Below are positions 38,315 to 47,153 of a DNA stretch of 53,252 nt, piece by piece. Positions within the stretch are counted from its first letter, which is position 1, and every line of letters begins with the position of its first letter. The stretch is from a virus (lineage: Duplodnaviria; Caudoviricetes): positions 1-53,252 of IMG/VR virus record IMGVR_UViG_3300030104_004717. One strand, written 5' to 3'. Made by a program: the position numbers and the translations under genes. A model generated the notes under the pieces. It saw only the letters and a program-made list of their open reading frames with translations. It did not search any database and had not been told where the DNA came from.

Positions 38315-38653
38315 CTAAAAGGGAATGTCATCCCCCTGAAGATCCTCCGCCGTGGCGGATATAGTTGAGGTCATAGGGCGCTGAGATGCCTGAGAACCTG
38401 AAAAGTTCTGCTGGCTTCCACTGTCACTATTTTTTTGCTGTGACCCTGCAACATCTGCATTGCCCACAAAAGGCATTTTGGTTCCAGAATCCCTTTCCTC
38501 TTTTGTTGACTTCTGTACTATTCCCCAAGTCCCGAAGTCAGAACTAGGTGTTGGAATTAGAACAAGGTCACAATAGGTTCCCTTTTTGCCCTTGAAGAAT
38601 CGATCCTTATCAAGTTTCGAAACATCTACCTTAACATTTATCATCTCTGCCAT
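38315..38653 (-). CDS. ssb: Single-stranded DNA-binding protein (phage type)
   Basis: C-terminal DDIPF tail after a Ser/Gln-rich linker; follows the Rad52-like annealase. Confidence 0.75.
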   Translation of the reverse strand: MAEMINVKVDVSKLDKDRFFKGKKGTYCDLVLIPTPSSDFGTWGIVQKSTKEERDSGTKMPFVGNADVAGSQQKNSDSGSQQNFSGSQASQRPMTSTISATAEDLQGDDIPF

Positions 38654-38678
38654 GTGTCGTCTTTTTATTACTGTTGTT

Positions 38679-38720
38679 AAAAAAAGGGACAGCTAAGAAC
38701 CATGCAGTCTTAACTGTCCC
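38679..38720 (-). terminator. Rho-independent terminator between the annealase gene and ssb
   Basis: Minus strand GGGACAGTTAAGA-loop-TCTTAGCTGTCCC followed by T7. Confidence 0.75.
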
Positions 38721-38731
38721 ACCCCCATTCA

Positions 38732-39385
38732 TCAAGCCGCCTTATTGGCCTCCTGAGAAATTTCTTTAGCCATCTGGCCTACCAAGTGCCAGAGTTTAAA
38801 TTTGTCATCGTTTAAAGAATGACTCATCACTCTGTTCCGCCATTCAATAATCTGATCCCTCTCTGTTGGACCTAGTTCAATTAGAGGCTTGCCTTTTAAG
38901 GTTGAAGCCTTCTTCCATTCGCCTAATTCATATTTAGGGACTGGCCTGTCCTCCTTCGCATATTCCTGATCCAAATAAGGGTCATCAACCCCCTTACCTT
39001 GATAGACAGAAAGACCGACTCCCATAAAGCTAGAGGCTTTAGAAATAAGATTAGTTTGTGCCTTTTTCATCCCCTCAGCCACGTTGCCTTTAAAGACACG
39101 AGCGTCACCAATAGCAGGGATTTGACAGCGTTGACCTTTGTACATATACCAAAGGTGGCCTACAGCTGCGATGTTATCATCTTCATGTCGGAATTCATCG
39201 ACCTGTACACCCCATCCATAACCACACAAGCCAAACTCTTGAATGAGTCGTGGAATAATGTGATAAGCGTCAATGACGGTCATCGTTCTACCTCCGAGCT
39301 TAAGGTTTTTATAAGCGGTTTTAGGGAACGGGCGAGAGAGCCTTATAAATAGTTCATTCTCGTCTTTTTCTTTTTTTGAGTCCAT
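38732..39385 (-). CDS. Rad52/Sak-family single-strand annealing protein
   Basis: LSRPFP, IDAYHIIPRLIQEFGLCGYGWG and KKAQTNLISKASSFMGVGLSVY match the Rad52/22 pattern; adjacent to ssb. Confidence 0.8.
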   Translation of the reverse strand: MDSKKEKDENELFIRLSRPFPKTAYKNLKLGGRTMTVIDAYHIIPRLIQEFGLCGYGWGVQVDEFRHEDDNIAAVGHLWYMYKGQRCQIPAIGDARVFKGNVAEGMKKAQTNLISKASSFMGVGLSVYQGKGVDDPYLDQEYAKEDRPVPKYELGEWKKASTLKGKPLIELGPTERDQIIEWRNRVMSHSLNDDKFKLWHLVGQMAKEISQEANKAA

Positions 39386-39468
39386 ACGTCTGTTTTTTAC
39401 TTTTAAGTTAAAATTTAAGTGTGGGTCTATCTTATACAGGTTGACTCATGTTGCAACAAAAAAAATGA

Positions 39469-40086
39469 TCACTTGTTTAAAATAGGTATTTCATCCCTTG
39501 TCATTGCTCCCCTCTCAACAGCCTCTTCAAACCGAGCCATAACGATATTGTAAGTATCTCCGTCTCCATTTCTAGATCCTTGGTCTTCATCCTGTTTATC
39601 TAACCCAAATATCTTGGCTCTACGATTTAAGGCGCTAAGAAGCTGTCCTGCGGCTCCTGCATCCACCCTTGTTTGACCATTACCATCTTCATAGACAAGG
39701 TGTTTTTTAAGGGTATTTATGAGGTCACCAGTTGTATCAATCTGAAAGGCCACCTCATAATCCATAAGGTCTGATATTTCATCAGCTTTGAGTTTAGTAG
39801 CGTGTTGTAAGTACCGTGTAACCGAGGAGGCGTGGCACTTCATAACCTTGGCAATCTCTTTCCCTGTCTTACCGTCATTGCTAAGTTCAACTGCCCGCTT
39901 GATCTTTTGGTAATGAGTAAGAGTTTTACTCGCTGAACTCCCTTGAGTAGCCTTAGTGATAATTTGTTTTTTCTTGGCTCGTTTAACGGCCTGACCCTTT
40001 TTCTTAGTCATTTGATTCTGTAGGTTCACTTCCTTGAGTGGCATAAAGCAACCAATTATCATCACCCAAAACTCTAGAGAGTTCAC
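39469..40086 (-). CDS. HTH protein, terminase small subunit-like (probable start about 40011)
   Basis: RAVELSNDGKTGKEIAKVMKCHASSVTRYL HTH and LLSALNRRAKIFGLD, typical of TerS-like HTH proteins. Confidence 0.65.
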   Translation of the reverse strand: MNSLEFWVMIIGCFMPLKEVNLQNQMTKKKGQAVKRAKKKQIITKATQGSSASKTLTHYQKIKRAVELSNDGKTGKEIAKVMKCHASSVTRYLQHATKLKADEISDLMDYEVAFQIDTTGDLINTLKKHLVYEDGNGQTRVDAGAAGQLLSALNRRAKIFGLDKQDEDQGSRNGDGDTYNIVMARFEEAVERGAMTRDEIPILNK

Positions 40087-40327
40087 AAGTAGCGCCTAGC
40101 TCCAAGGCTCGCAGGCTTAACTTAAAGCCCACTCCAATCATAGCGGCTATGATAGCGCACTCCCTCATTTCTTTACCCATGTGAAGTAATTCTTTCTTAC
40201 CCACAGATTCATAAATTTCATCCCTCAATGAGGGTGCTATTCTAGATCCTATCATGTCCAATCGACCATCAGTGATCGGAATGTCAGGCAGGGTTATCTC
40301 AGCGTCAGTCTTAGCGTTATCACTCAT
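40004..40327 (-). CDS. Hypothetical protein (107 aa)
   Basis: Operon-like spacing with its neighbours. Confidence 0.6.
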   Translation of the reverse strand: MSDNAKTDAEITLPDIPITDGRLDMIGSRIAPSLRDEIYESVGKKELLHMGKEMRECAIIAAMIGVGFKLSLRALELGATCELSRVLGDDNWLLYATQGSEPTESND

Positions 40328-40336
40328 GTGATAACA

Positions 40337-40558
40337 TTAAGCCGCCTTATCTGAGTCTACAAGTTTAACTAACCCATCGATAAGTGGATTTAATAATTTT
40401 TTAAAGGGTTCAGCAATACCTTGGTCAACCCAATATCGGGTCGCCGTTTCGGTAGTTATCTTTTGTTCAGCTAGATAAAACTGACACTCTGACTCGTTGA
40501 AAGTCAGGGTTCGACCATCATCTAACTGAACTATTTCAGTCATTAAGGGGGTATTCAT
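40337..40558 (-). CDS. Hypothetical protein (73 aa)
   Basis: First gene of the leftward operon, divergent from the portal gene. Confidence 0.6.
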   Translation of the reverse strand: MNTPLMTEIVQLDDGRTLTFNESECQFYLAEQKITTETATRYWVDQGIAEPFKKLLNPLIDGLVKLVDSDKAA

Positions 40559-40780
40559 TGCTGAGAATGATTATCAATTAGAAACTTGTTAGCAAGGCTT
40601 ATTTTGCTCTCGAATTAAATATATCTATAGATTTTGGTTATTCACTGGCTTACAACAAGTTATAGATAATCGATAAAACTGATGGTGTTATCAGTATTAA
40701 AGATACTGCTTTAAAAATTAGGGTGAGTCACAATAAAGTATTATTTGAGTCATTAGATATATAGACGACATTTAGCCAAT

Positions 40781-42871
40781 ATGAAGGCTTCCGCATTGGC
40801 ATTTTCCGATGATAATCAAAAGGCGCTCTACCTGAAAAAAATGGCAGAGCATTGCGTAAATCAATTTAACAGTTTAACGGGCAAGCTTAGACCTACTGTT
40901 GAAAGGATGAATAAGTATTCCTCTGAACTTGATGGAGACTTTAGGCATAGGGTTACAGGTAAAGCCACTGATATAGATATTCGAGGAGCTATTAATGAGC
41001 AGGTATTTGATCGTAGCAACTTTAGCTTGTCAGTCACCCGTGGTCAGGTTCGCTACATTGTCAGCAAAACCTTTGATGAAATGTTTGGAAGTAGACCTTG
41101 GCTGGCTGTTAAGCCAATAGGATTATCTGATGCCGAAAAGTCACGAGACTTGCAAAAGTTTTGTGAGCATAAGTTTAACGAGCCTAAGTCAAATGTAGAG
41201 CCAGCTATCAAAGACGCTTGTCTAAGCGCATGGGGCATGGGGTACGGCATATTAAAGACTTCTTACCTTCGCCAAATTGAAGAGTTTGATACAGTTATTG
41301 ATGCCTTGCTTGATGAAAAAGGCGAACCCATAATTGGTAAATCAGGCAGACCTATCACTTCTAATTCAGAGAACTATTGGAATGATAAAAAAGAAGGCTA
41401 CATATTTGAAGATGATCCAGAACAAAGGACTTTTAAAAAGCCTCAATTCTCCGAGGTAACTAATTCTGATTACGCTGTTAAGTACAACGGCCCTGAACTT
41501 GCCTGCGTTTCCTATAAGGATTTTGTAGCGGATCCTGATGCCGCAAAGCTAGAGGATTGTGATTTTGTAGCACACCATCAAGCTTGGACTGTTGGTGAAC
41601 TTAAAAACGAGTTTGGTTTAGGAATGATTGATCCTGATAAGTATGACCAGATTCTAGATAGTGCTGGCTTAAATAAAGTACCAAGCGTCACTGACGATGA
41701 TCCATTTAACGAAGCAGGTAACTCTGGTAAGCTTTGGGGTAAGAGAGAAAATGCTAACTTTTTAAACGTAGCGGAATGCTATTTTAATTACGAAAGGCCA
41801 GGAGAAACAGATGAAGACGGAAACGAAAGCGCTGGCAAAGTTGTTAAGATGTTTGCTCTTGTGACTCTCGATAGTCAGGAAGTAATTTGGGCTGACTACC
41901 TTGGAAATGTTACGCCTCAAGCTGACCTTCCATTTAATGTCGTTACTTGTGACAAGAAAAGAAACAGTTGGACTGGAGCTGGCTTCCTACAAAGATTCGA
42001 TCAGGAACAACAGTTTATTGACGAATGCTTTAATCAGATAAAAGTCAGAAACGATTACGCCGCCAATCCCATAGTTATTATAGACCGTAAAGCCTTTCAG
42101 GAAGGTGAGACTGGAAAGACTTTCGAATGGGGACCGGGACTTCATAAAGAATTAAAAGGTAACGCCGTTGCCTCAGAGGCGGTACAAGTTATGGCTCTCC
42201 CTCAAATGGAAAACGAGACTCGATCACTAATGGATACAGTTATTCAAATGATAACTATGGACTCAGGTGTTTCAGGAGCGGCACAGGGAGATATGGGATC
42301 GTTACCTCAGATGAACACTGCAACTGGAGTAAAACAGGTTCTCGGCCATGGATCTATTCTTAATAAGATGAGCATCCGTGAAGTTCAAAGAGGTGTGGAA
42401 AGAGCTATTCAAAATCTCACCAAGATGATGATTCACTCAATGGATCCTATCGAAACAATCCAATTCTTTGAAGGGGACAATGAGGTTGAAGCCATAATAG
42501 ACAAAGATGACTTCACCCAGCTTGATATGGACGTAAGGCTAACTCTTACAAAGTTCCACCAAGATGAAGAAGAAAGCCGACTTATGCGGGTGATGATGAC
42601 AGTTGAACGATATTTAGCGCTACCAGTTTATGCTATGGAGAGAGCAAGACAGTTGTTTGTTGATCAACTTAGGATCCTCGGTGTTGAAGATGCAGAAGAG
42701 AAATTACCGTTTGCTCAAGAAGTTGCTATGGCTATGGCTCCACCTGAACCAGAGCCAACGGATTCTGAATTAAACCAAGCTGAACCTGAAGTCCCTATTA
42801 ACGAGGAAGAGCAAGTTGATGACGAAGCTGTTCAGCTTATACAGGACACAACTACTGACCAGATTACTTAA
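40781..42871 (+). CDS. Portal protein (podovirus/P22-like, 696 aa)
   Basis: GMGYGILK, DFVADPDA, DSGVSGAAQG...NTATGV motifs; size and acidic Pro-rich tail are typical of portals. Confidence 0.8.
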   Translation: MKASALAFSDDNQKALYLKKMAEHCVNQFNSLTGKLRPTVERMNKYSSELDGDFRHRVTGKATDIDIRGAINEQVFDRSNFSLSVTRGQVRYIVSKTFDEMFGSRPWLAVKPIGLSDAEKSRDLQKFCEHKFNEPKSNVEPAIKDACLSAWGMGYGILKTSYLRQIEEFDTVIDALLDEKGEPIIGKSGRPITSNSENYWNDKKEGYIFEDDPEQRTFKKPQFSEVTNSDYAVKYNGPELACVSYKDFVADPDAAKLEDCDFVAHHQAWTVGELKNEFGLGMIDPDKYDQILDSAGLNKVPSVTDDDPFNEAGNSGKLWGKRENANFLNVAECYFNYERPGETDEDGNESAGKVVKMFALVTLDSQEVIWADYLGNVTPQADLPFNVVTCDKKRNSWTGAGFLQRFDQEQQFIDECFNQIKVRNDYAANPIVIIDRKAFQEGETGKTFEWGPGLHKELKGNAVASEAVQVMALPQMENETRSLMDTVIQMITMDSGVSGAAQGDMGSLPQMNTATGVKQVLGHGSILNKMSIREVQRGVERAIQNLTKMMIHSMDPIETIQFFEGDNEVEAIIDKDDFTQLDMDVRLTLTKFHQDEEESRLMRVMMTVERYLALPVYAMERARQLFVDQLRILGVEDAEEKLPFAQEVAMAMAPPEPEPTDSELNQAEPEVPINEEEQVDDEAVQLIQDTTTDQIT

Positions 42872-43149
42872 TGGCTATAGACGCTGGGGAAGCTGAAAGG
42901 GCTGACCACCAGAGAGCGCACGTTCTGGGGTTAGCGGAAAATAAAGGGTTTGAATGTATTACAGAAGTCTTAAACTCGATGATAGAAAGAGAGAGGGATA
43001 GAGTTGAAGCCTTAACGCTTGATGAAAAAGAGAATTTAATAGCAAGAGCAAGGCTTAGTGCCTTACTTGAAGTTTCCAAAATACCAGCAGATATAGTTCA
43101 TAATTCTGACAAAATATTAATACAATGGGACAAAAGGTTCGATAAATGA
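42871..43149 (+). CDS. Small helical protein downstream of portal
   Basis: TAATG coupling to the portal gene; usual portal-adjacent position. Confidence 0.65.
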   Translation: MAIDAGEAERADHQRAHVLGLAENKGFECITEVLNSMIERERDRVEALTLDEKENLIARARLSALLEVSKIPADIVHNSDKILIQWDKRFDK

Positions 43150-43174
43150 GTCTATCTTGAAAGGTTGATAACAC

Positions 43175-43507
43175 ATGAAAAAAGGTCTACGTTTCCCAAA
43201 GAAGAACAAAGGAAAGATTAAAATCTTCCCCAACCTGAAAAACAAATTTATGAACATTTTATTAAACTGGGCAAGAACCAAGCTTTTTGAATTTATTGCA
43301 AGCTGGAAGACCAGTCTCGTAGGCGTAGCAATGCTACTAGAGGCATCAGGTGGACTTTTAAGCACGGTGCTAGACTCAACGACACCATTGGAAGTCGAAA
43401 GCCTACAAGGGCGATGGGAGCTAGTTATAGGGGCAATAGGGCTAATCATGGCAAGGGATAATACAACGCCATCTGAAAAGGTGGCAGGAGCAAAAAACAA
43501 AAAATGA
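43175..43507 (+). CDS. Putative holin (2 TM; start may be 43250)
   Basis: SWKTSLVGVAMLL...LVIGAIGLIMARD pattern; upstream of the endolysin. Confidence 0.65.
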   Translation: MKKGLRFPKKNKGKIKIFPNLKNKFMNILLNWARTKLFEFIASWKTSLVGVAMLLEASGGLLSTVLDSTTPLEVESLQGRWELVIGAIGLIMARDNTTPSEKVAGAKNKK

Positions 43508-43674
43508 AATATATAATATTAGCATTAGCAGTTATCGCATTCGGTTCATCCTGTACCTTCAACAAAGTCCCTGTGGATTCCGCTGGTCTTATGTCAGGAG
43601 ACAGAAATGTAATGGGTGTAGAAGTAGGTCTTCTAGACTATAAAGTTGGCGCAGGAGTCTGGGTCAACAAGTAA
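43504..43674 (+). CDS. 56-aa lipoprotein in the lysis cassette (spanin-like candidate), not in the ORF track
   Basis: MKYIILALAVIAFGSS-C signal peptide with lipobox-like Cys; ATGA overlap with the holin stop; TAA at 43672-74. Confidence 0.7.
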   Translation: MKYIILALAVIAFGSSCTFNKVPVDSAGLMSGDRNVMGVEVGLLDYKVGAGVWVNK

Positions 43675-43696
43675 ACAGATCACCCCGTATTCCCTC

Positions 43697-44257
43697 GTGT
43701 TCCGTTTCTTAAAGAAGCTGGTTGAAAAGCTACGCAGAAAATCTAAGCCTAAGACTAAGGTAACCAAAGCCAATCCCAGAAGGAGATGGTCTTTCGATGC
43801 TCGTACTAAAAAGAACCTAGCAACCTTAAACGAAAAAGTAGTTCCTATATTTACGGAACTTACTGAGATAGCCATGGAGATTGCAGAAAAGTACGGCATT
43901 ACAATCAAGATGATTAGCGCCTACAGGAGCTTAGAAAAACAAAAGGAATTATATGCGAAGGGGCGGTATGGAGATAAGAGTCCAAAAGTTACGACAGTTA
44001 AGGTTAGTCGCCACTGTTTCGGCATTGCCGCTGACTACGGTTGCTTTGATAAAGGCCGTTATCTGGATGCTACTAACTCTGCTTTGTCTTCAAAAATCTA
44101 TGCAGAAATGTTTAAATTAGCCCAAGAGAGAAACTTGCCTCTTATCCATGGAGGGCAATGGAAGTCCTTTCCTGACCCTCCGCACTTTGAGTATAGAAAC
44201 AATCTGACTATTACTCAAATGATCAGCCGATCAAAAAAGGGAAAGAGTATCGTCTAA
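43697..44257 (+). CDS. Endolysin, M15 family L-Ala-D-Glu peptidase (probable GTG start 43697)
   Basis: SAYRSLEKQKELYAKGR, SRHCFGIAAD (SxH...D) and DPPHFE zinc-ligand motifs. Confidence 0.9.
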   Translation: MFRFLKKLVEKLRRKSKPKTKVTKANPRRRWSFDARTKKNLATLNEKVVPIFTELTEIAMEIAEKYGITIKMISAYRSLEKQKELYAKGRYGDKSPKVTTVKVSRHCFGIAADYGCFDKGRYLDATNSALSSKIYAEMFKLAQERNLPLIHGGQWKSFPDPPHFEYRNNLTITQMISRSKKGKSIV

Positions 44258-44583
44258 TGCCTAGTGACCCCCCACTCATGGAAGCGATTGTTGGACTTAT
44301 AGCAGGTCTAGGAGCTTACTTGTCGTGGAAGGCTAAAGGTGAAGCCAGTAAAGCAAACAAGGAAGCCTCACAGGCAAATAGAGCCGTGAATGGTAATCCT
44401 GACGGCAGTCCAAGGCTTTACGAAATGGTAGGCACAATTAAAGAGCGCCAGAGAGGTATAGACGAAAAGATTGAAGACTTAAAAAACACTCAAAAATCCC
44501 AAGCAGAAACATTAACAGATCATTCCGATAGACTGAAAGCCCAGCACAAAACTCTTAAAAGAATATGTAAGGAGGACAGCTAA
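44257..44583 (+). CDS. TM plus coiled-coil lysis-region protein (holin/spanin-like)
   Basis: N-terminal hydrophobic helix AIVGLIAGLGAYLSW followed by a coiled coil; coupled to the endolysin. Confidence 0.6.
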   Translation: MPSDPPLMEAIVGLIAGLGAYLSWKAKGEASKANKEASQANRAVNGNPDGSPRLYEMVGTIKERQRGIDEKIEDLKNTQKSQAETLTDHSDRLKAQHKTLKRICKEDS

Positions 44584-45348
44584 ATGGCTTGGCAAACTTT
44601 TGTTTGTAGTGCAGATACTCACGGTGACTTGATCGACCGTAAAGGTAAGAACAGTTATCAGAGTTACATTCTTCAGTGGATTAAAGATCACAAGCCTCGG
44701 TGGAGATTCATGCTGGGTGATTTTATCGATGCTAAAGCGATACGAGCTGGAGCCAATGCAGAGGACAGGAGCAGTTCAATGAGAGAAGACTGCAAAGCAG
44801 CAATAGGATTCCTCCGTGCCTTTCAACCTCACAAGCTAACACTTGGTAACCACGATCACAGGCTATGGTTATTAGCAAGATCAGAGCGTGAAGGCTTAGA
44901 TGTTGATTACGCTAGACAACTAGCCACCCAATTTGAAAACGAGTTTGATGCCATGAAGACTGAGTGGGTAGAGTATGACATCAGAAAAGGCTGGATAGAG
45001 ATAGCTCCCAAAGGCGCTCACACAGGACGCAAGTTAATTAGCCATGGATACTTTTCAAACATTGCACCAGCCAGAGCAATGACCCAAGCCGCTGGAGCCT
45101 CAACGCTTTCAGGCCACACTCATGCTTTCGATTATTGGAGACAAAACAATCTAGCTGGTGATGAATCTTATGTCTCTGGATGTGGTTGTCAGATCGCACA
45201 GGAGTACAACAGGACTCACGCTCGCAGGCTAAAGCACGAGCATTCATTCTTGGCAGGCTCACTCAACGATAAGACAGGAGCTTGGGTGGTTTACCGAATA
45301 CTTAAAGACGAAGAAACAAACACATGGCTAGATCCAAAAAGACTTTAG
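44584..45348 (+). CDS. Calcineurin-like metallophosphoesterase
   Basis: DTHG, GDFID, GNHD, SHG and GHTH motifs in the canonical order. Confidence 0.92.
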   Translation: MAWQTFVCSADTHGDLIDRKGKNSYQSYILQWIKDHKPRWRFMLGDFIDAKAIRAGANAEDRSSSMREDCKAAIGFLRAFQPHKLTLGNHDHRLWLLARSEREGLDVDYARQLATQFENEFDAMKTEWVEYDIRKGWIEIAPKGAHTGRKLISHGYFSNIAPARAMTQAAGASTLSGHTHAFDYWRQNNLAGDESYVSGCGCQIAQEYNRTHARRLKHEHSFLAGSLNDKTGAWVVYRILKDEETNTWLDPKRL

Positions 45349-45557
45349 ACGACATATTAGACACGGCCGACAATATGATTGCGGCCTTACAGGAAGAGCA
45401 AGATCCCCAGCCAGAGGGAACAATCACGCCTCGTCAATATGCGGAGCATAAAAAACAGACCATGTCTTCAGCGGGTGAAAAGCTTCTCAGACTTTACAGG
45501 GCTGGAAAGATGGACAGGAGAAAGTGGCGTAACACACACATCTATTGGGAACTATGA
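45324..45557 (+). CDS. Small winged-helix-like protein
   Basis: TPRQYAEHKKQTMSSAGEKLLRLYRAGKMDRRKW pattern. Confidence 0.55.
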   Translation: MARSKKTLDDILDTADNMIAALQEEQDPQPEGTITPRQYAEHKKQTMSSAGEKLLRLYRAGKMDRRKWRNTHIYWEL

Positions 45558-45880
45558 AAGATAAATTACCACCAGTCCGTCACGTTATTATTCTTGGGCA
45601 ACTCTACAGAATAGAATTGTCTCAAGATATTAGTGACGAGGAATTAGGCAGATGTGAAACAACCCATCAGAAGCTAATGATAAACGAACGGCAAGGAGCC
45701 TGTTCAATGAGGGACACGGTTCTTCATGAGATAGGTCATGCATTGTTCTATCTAATGAACCTTAAGGATGATTCATGTGAAGAAGATTTTGTAAGCAGAT
45801 TCTCAACAGGACTTAGGGCGGTAATGATTGAGAACAAAGCCTTAAGCGAATGGATATTCACTTCACCATTTGAAGAATAA
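45545..45880 (+). CDS. Small zincin (HEXXH) metallopeptidase-like protein
   Basis: DTVLHEIGHA...EEDFV. Confidence 0.75.
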   Translation: MGTMKDKLPPVRHVIILGQLYRIELSQDISDEELGRCETTHQKLMINERQGACSMRDTVLHEIGHALFYLMNLKDDSCEEDFVSRFSTGLRAVMIENKALSEWIFTSPFEE

Positions 45881-45882
45881 TT

Positions 45883-46068
45883 ATGAATAACAAAACACTA
45901 GCAACAACAAACGCACTCATTATTATGTTTCCAATGCTTTTGGGGATAATTGAGGAGCTAACAGGTAAACCAATAGCTAATCCGCTACTCATAGGAGTCG
46001 CAGGGCTGTTCATGATTATCTTCGGATTCTGGACTTGCCTAAGACTCTATAAGCAACCTGACCAGTAA
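45883..46068 (+). CDS. Small 2-TM membrane protein
   Basis: Two hydrophobic segments; last gene of the rightward operon. Confidence 0.6.
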   Translation: MNNKTLATTNALIIMFPMLLGIIEELTGKPIANPLLIGVAGLFMIIFGFWTCLRLYKQPDQ

Positions 46069-46093
46069 AATATAAAGGGGTTCCCCAGACCCC

Positions 46094-46121
46094 AAAAAAA
46101 AAGAGAGGCGCTAACCTCTCT
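46094..46121 (-). terminator. Rho-independent terminator
   Basis: Minus strand AGAGAGG-TTAGCG-CCTCTCT followed by a T run, between convergent genes. Confidence 0.75.
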
Positions 46122-46134
46122 CCGTGAATGACGA

Positions 46135-46206
46135 TTAATCTTCGTCACATGAACCATAAATATCTATCGGTTCATCATCATAAGGATTGTCCTCATCGAT
46201 TATCAT
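46135..46206 (-). CDS. 23-aa acidic micropeptide (MIIDEDNPYDDEPIDIYGSCDED), not in the ORF track
   Basis: Strong SD AAAGGAGGT just upstream of ATG 46206; stop immediately before the terminator. Confidence 0.55.
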   Translation of the reverse strand: MIIDEDNPYDDEPIDIYGSCDED

Positions 46207-46219
46207 ACACACCTCCTTT

Positions 46220-46783
46220 CTAAGCTACGAGTTTAAATTCTTCACCGTCCATCGGCAGATCCATCTGCCTGCGCCTTGTGATCTTCTTAAGCTGAATCAG
46301 CTTATCCTGTTCAGCAATCTTAGCGTCAATGATTGGATTAACTAAGTCCTGCCTGAGCCAGCGGTAGATTCTTTGGAAGCCATCGCCATGAGATTTTTTA
46401 TAGATGCCTTTTGAGCGCATAGCGCCTCGTTGAACATGGTGTGCAACTTCATGTGCAACGACCACAAGTAACCTGTCGTCCATATCAGTCACAGTGCGAC
46501 TTCCATAAACCTTGTTCTTTTTATAAGCATCATATTCTTTCATGTAACCATCTCTCCAGTGACCCCTTAAGAATTGCCAGTAACCAAAATTAATTTGGAT
46601 CACATGGTATCCCGCATAGGTTGCGCCTGTGACTTTTTTATTTACGACCCTTGTTACCTTCACTGCCTTCTCGACATGAGAGCGAGTGATGTTAAGAGGG
46701 TATTCTTTTTTCTTCAAAAGGTTCATGCATTTACGAACCCAGCTTTTAATTTTCTTTATATCTTCTTGTGTTGGTTTATCCAT
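46220..46783 (-). CDS. SprT-like zincin protein (start corrected from 46807)
   Basis: VVAHEVAHHVQ...SHGDGFQ; ATG 46783 lies downstream of a predicted promoter. Confidence 0.75.
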   Translation of the reverse strand: MDKPTQEDIKKIKSWVRKCMNLLKKKEYPLNITRSHVEKAVKVTRVVNKKVTGATYAGYHVIQINFGYWQFLRGHWRDGYMKEYDAYKKNKVYGSRTVTDMDDRLLVVVAHEVAHHVQRGAMRSKGIYKKSHGDGFQRIYRWLRQDLVNPIIDAKIAEQDKLIQLKKITRRRQMDLPMDGEEFKLVA

Positions 46784-46795
46784 TTGAGTAATTCG

Positions 46796-46842
46796 ATTGT
46801 GACACATCTTGACACATGAGTCAATCTTTTATTGTAGACTGT
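46796..46842 (-). promoter_or_regulatory. Promoter/operator for the SprT-like gene
   Basis: Minus strand ACAGTCTA-N10-TTGACTCA; TTGACT-N17-CACAAT with TG extension; same design as 7956 and 10353. Confidence 0.7.
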
Positions 46843-46877
46843 TATGTATGTTATATATCTGTTGAGTAATATTGAAG

Positions 46878-47153
46878 TTATGCCGCCTGCTTAACCCAAC
46901 TAGGAGGATTCTTACCGAACCAGCCGACCTTATTGATCTGTGCCTTTGTTGGCTTGTTCTTAAGGACACGGTTCCTTTTGAGAGATTCCGTGAACATCGC
47001 CTCTGGCATATATGCCCAAGGTTGTTTAGTTGAAGCAGACACTTCGCCTGCTGGTGTGTAGTGAGTTATTCTGTAAGCCTTCCTACGCTTGATTAGTCGT
47101 GCCTTCCAGAACAATCCTGTCTTGTTATTTTTAAGATAAGTTATGTTCTTCAT
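46878..47153 (-). CDS. Hypothetical basic protein (91 aa)
   Basis: ATG-initiated ORF in an otherwise empty interval. Confidence 0.6.
   Translation of the reverse strand: MKNITYLKNNKTGLFWKARLIKRRKAYRITHYTPAGEVSASTKQPWAYMPEAMFTESLKRNRVLKNKPTKAQINKVGWFGKNPPSWVKQAA

Noticed and set aside
37968-38364. Plus-strand ORFs 37968-38219 and 38122-38364
   Set aside because: They are antisense to a leftward operon and overlap the structured RNA elements, with no motifs or ribosome-binding signals.
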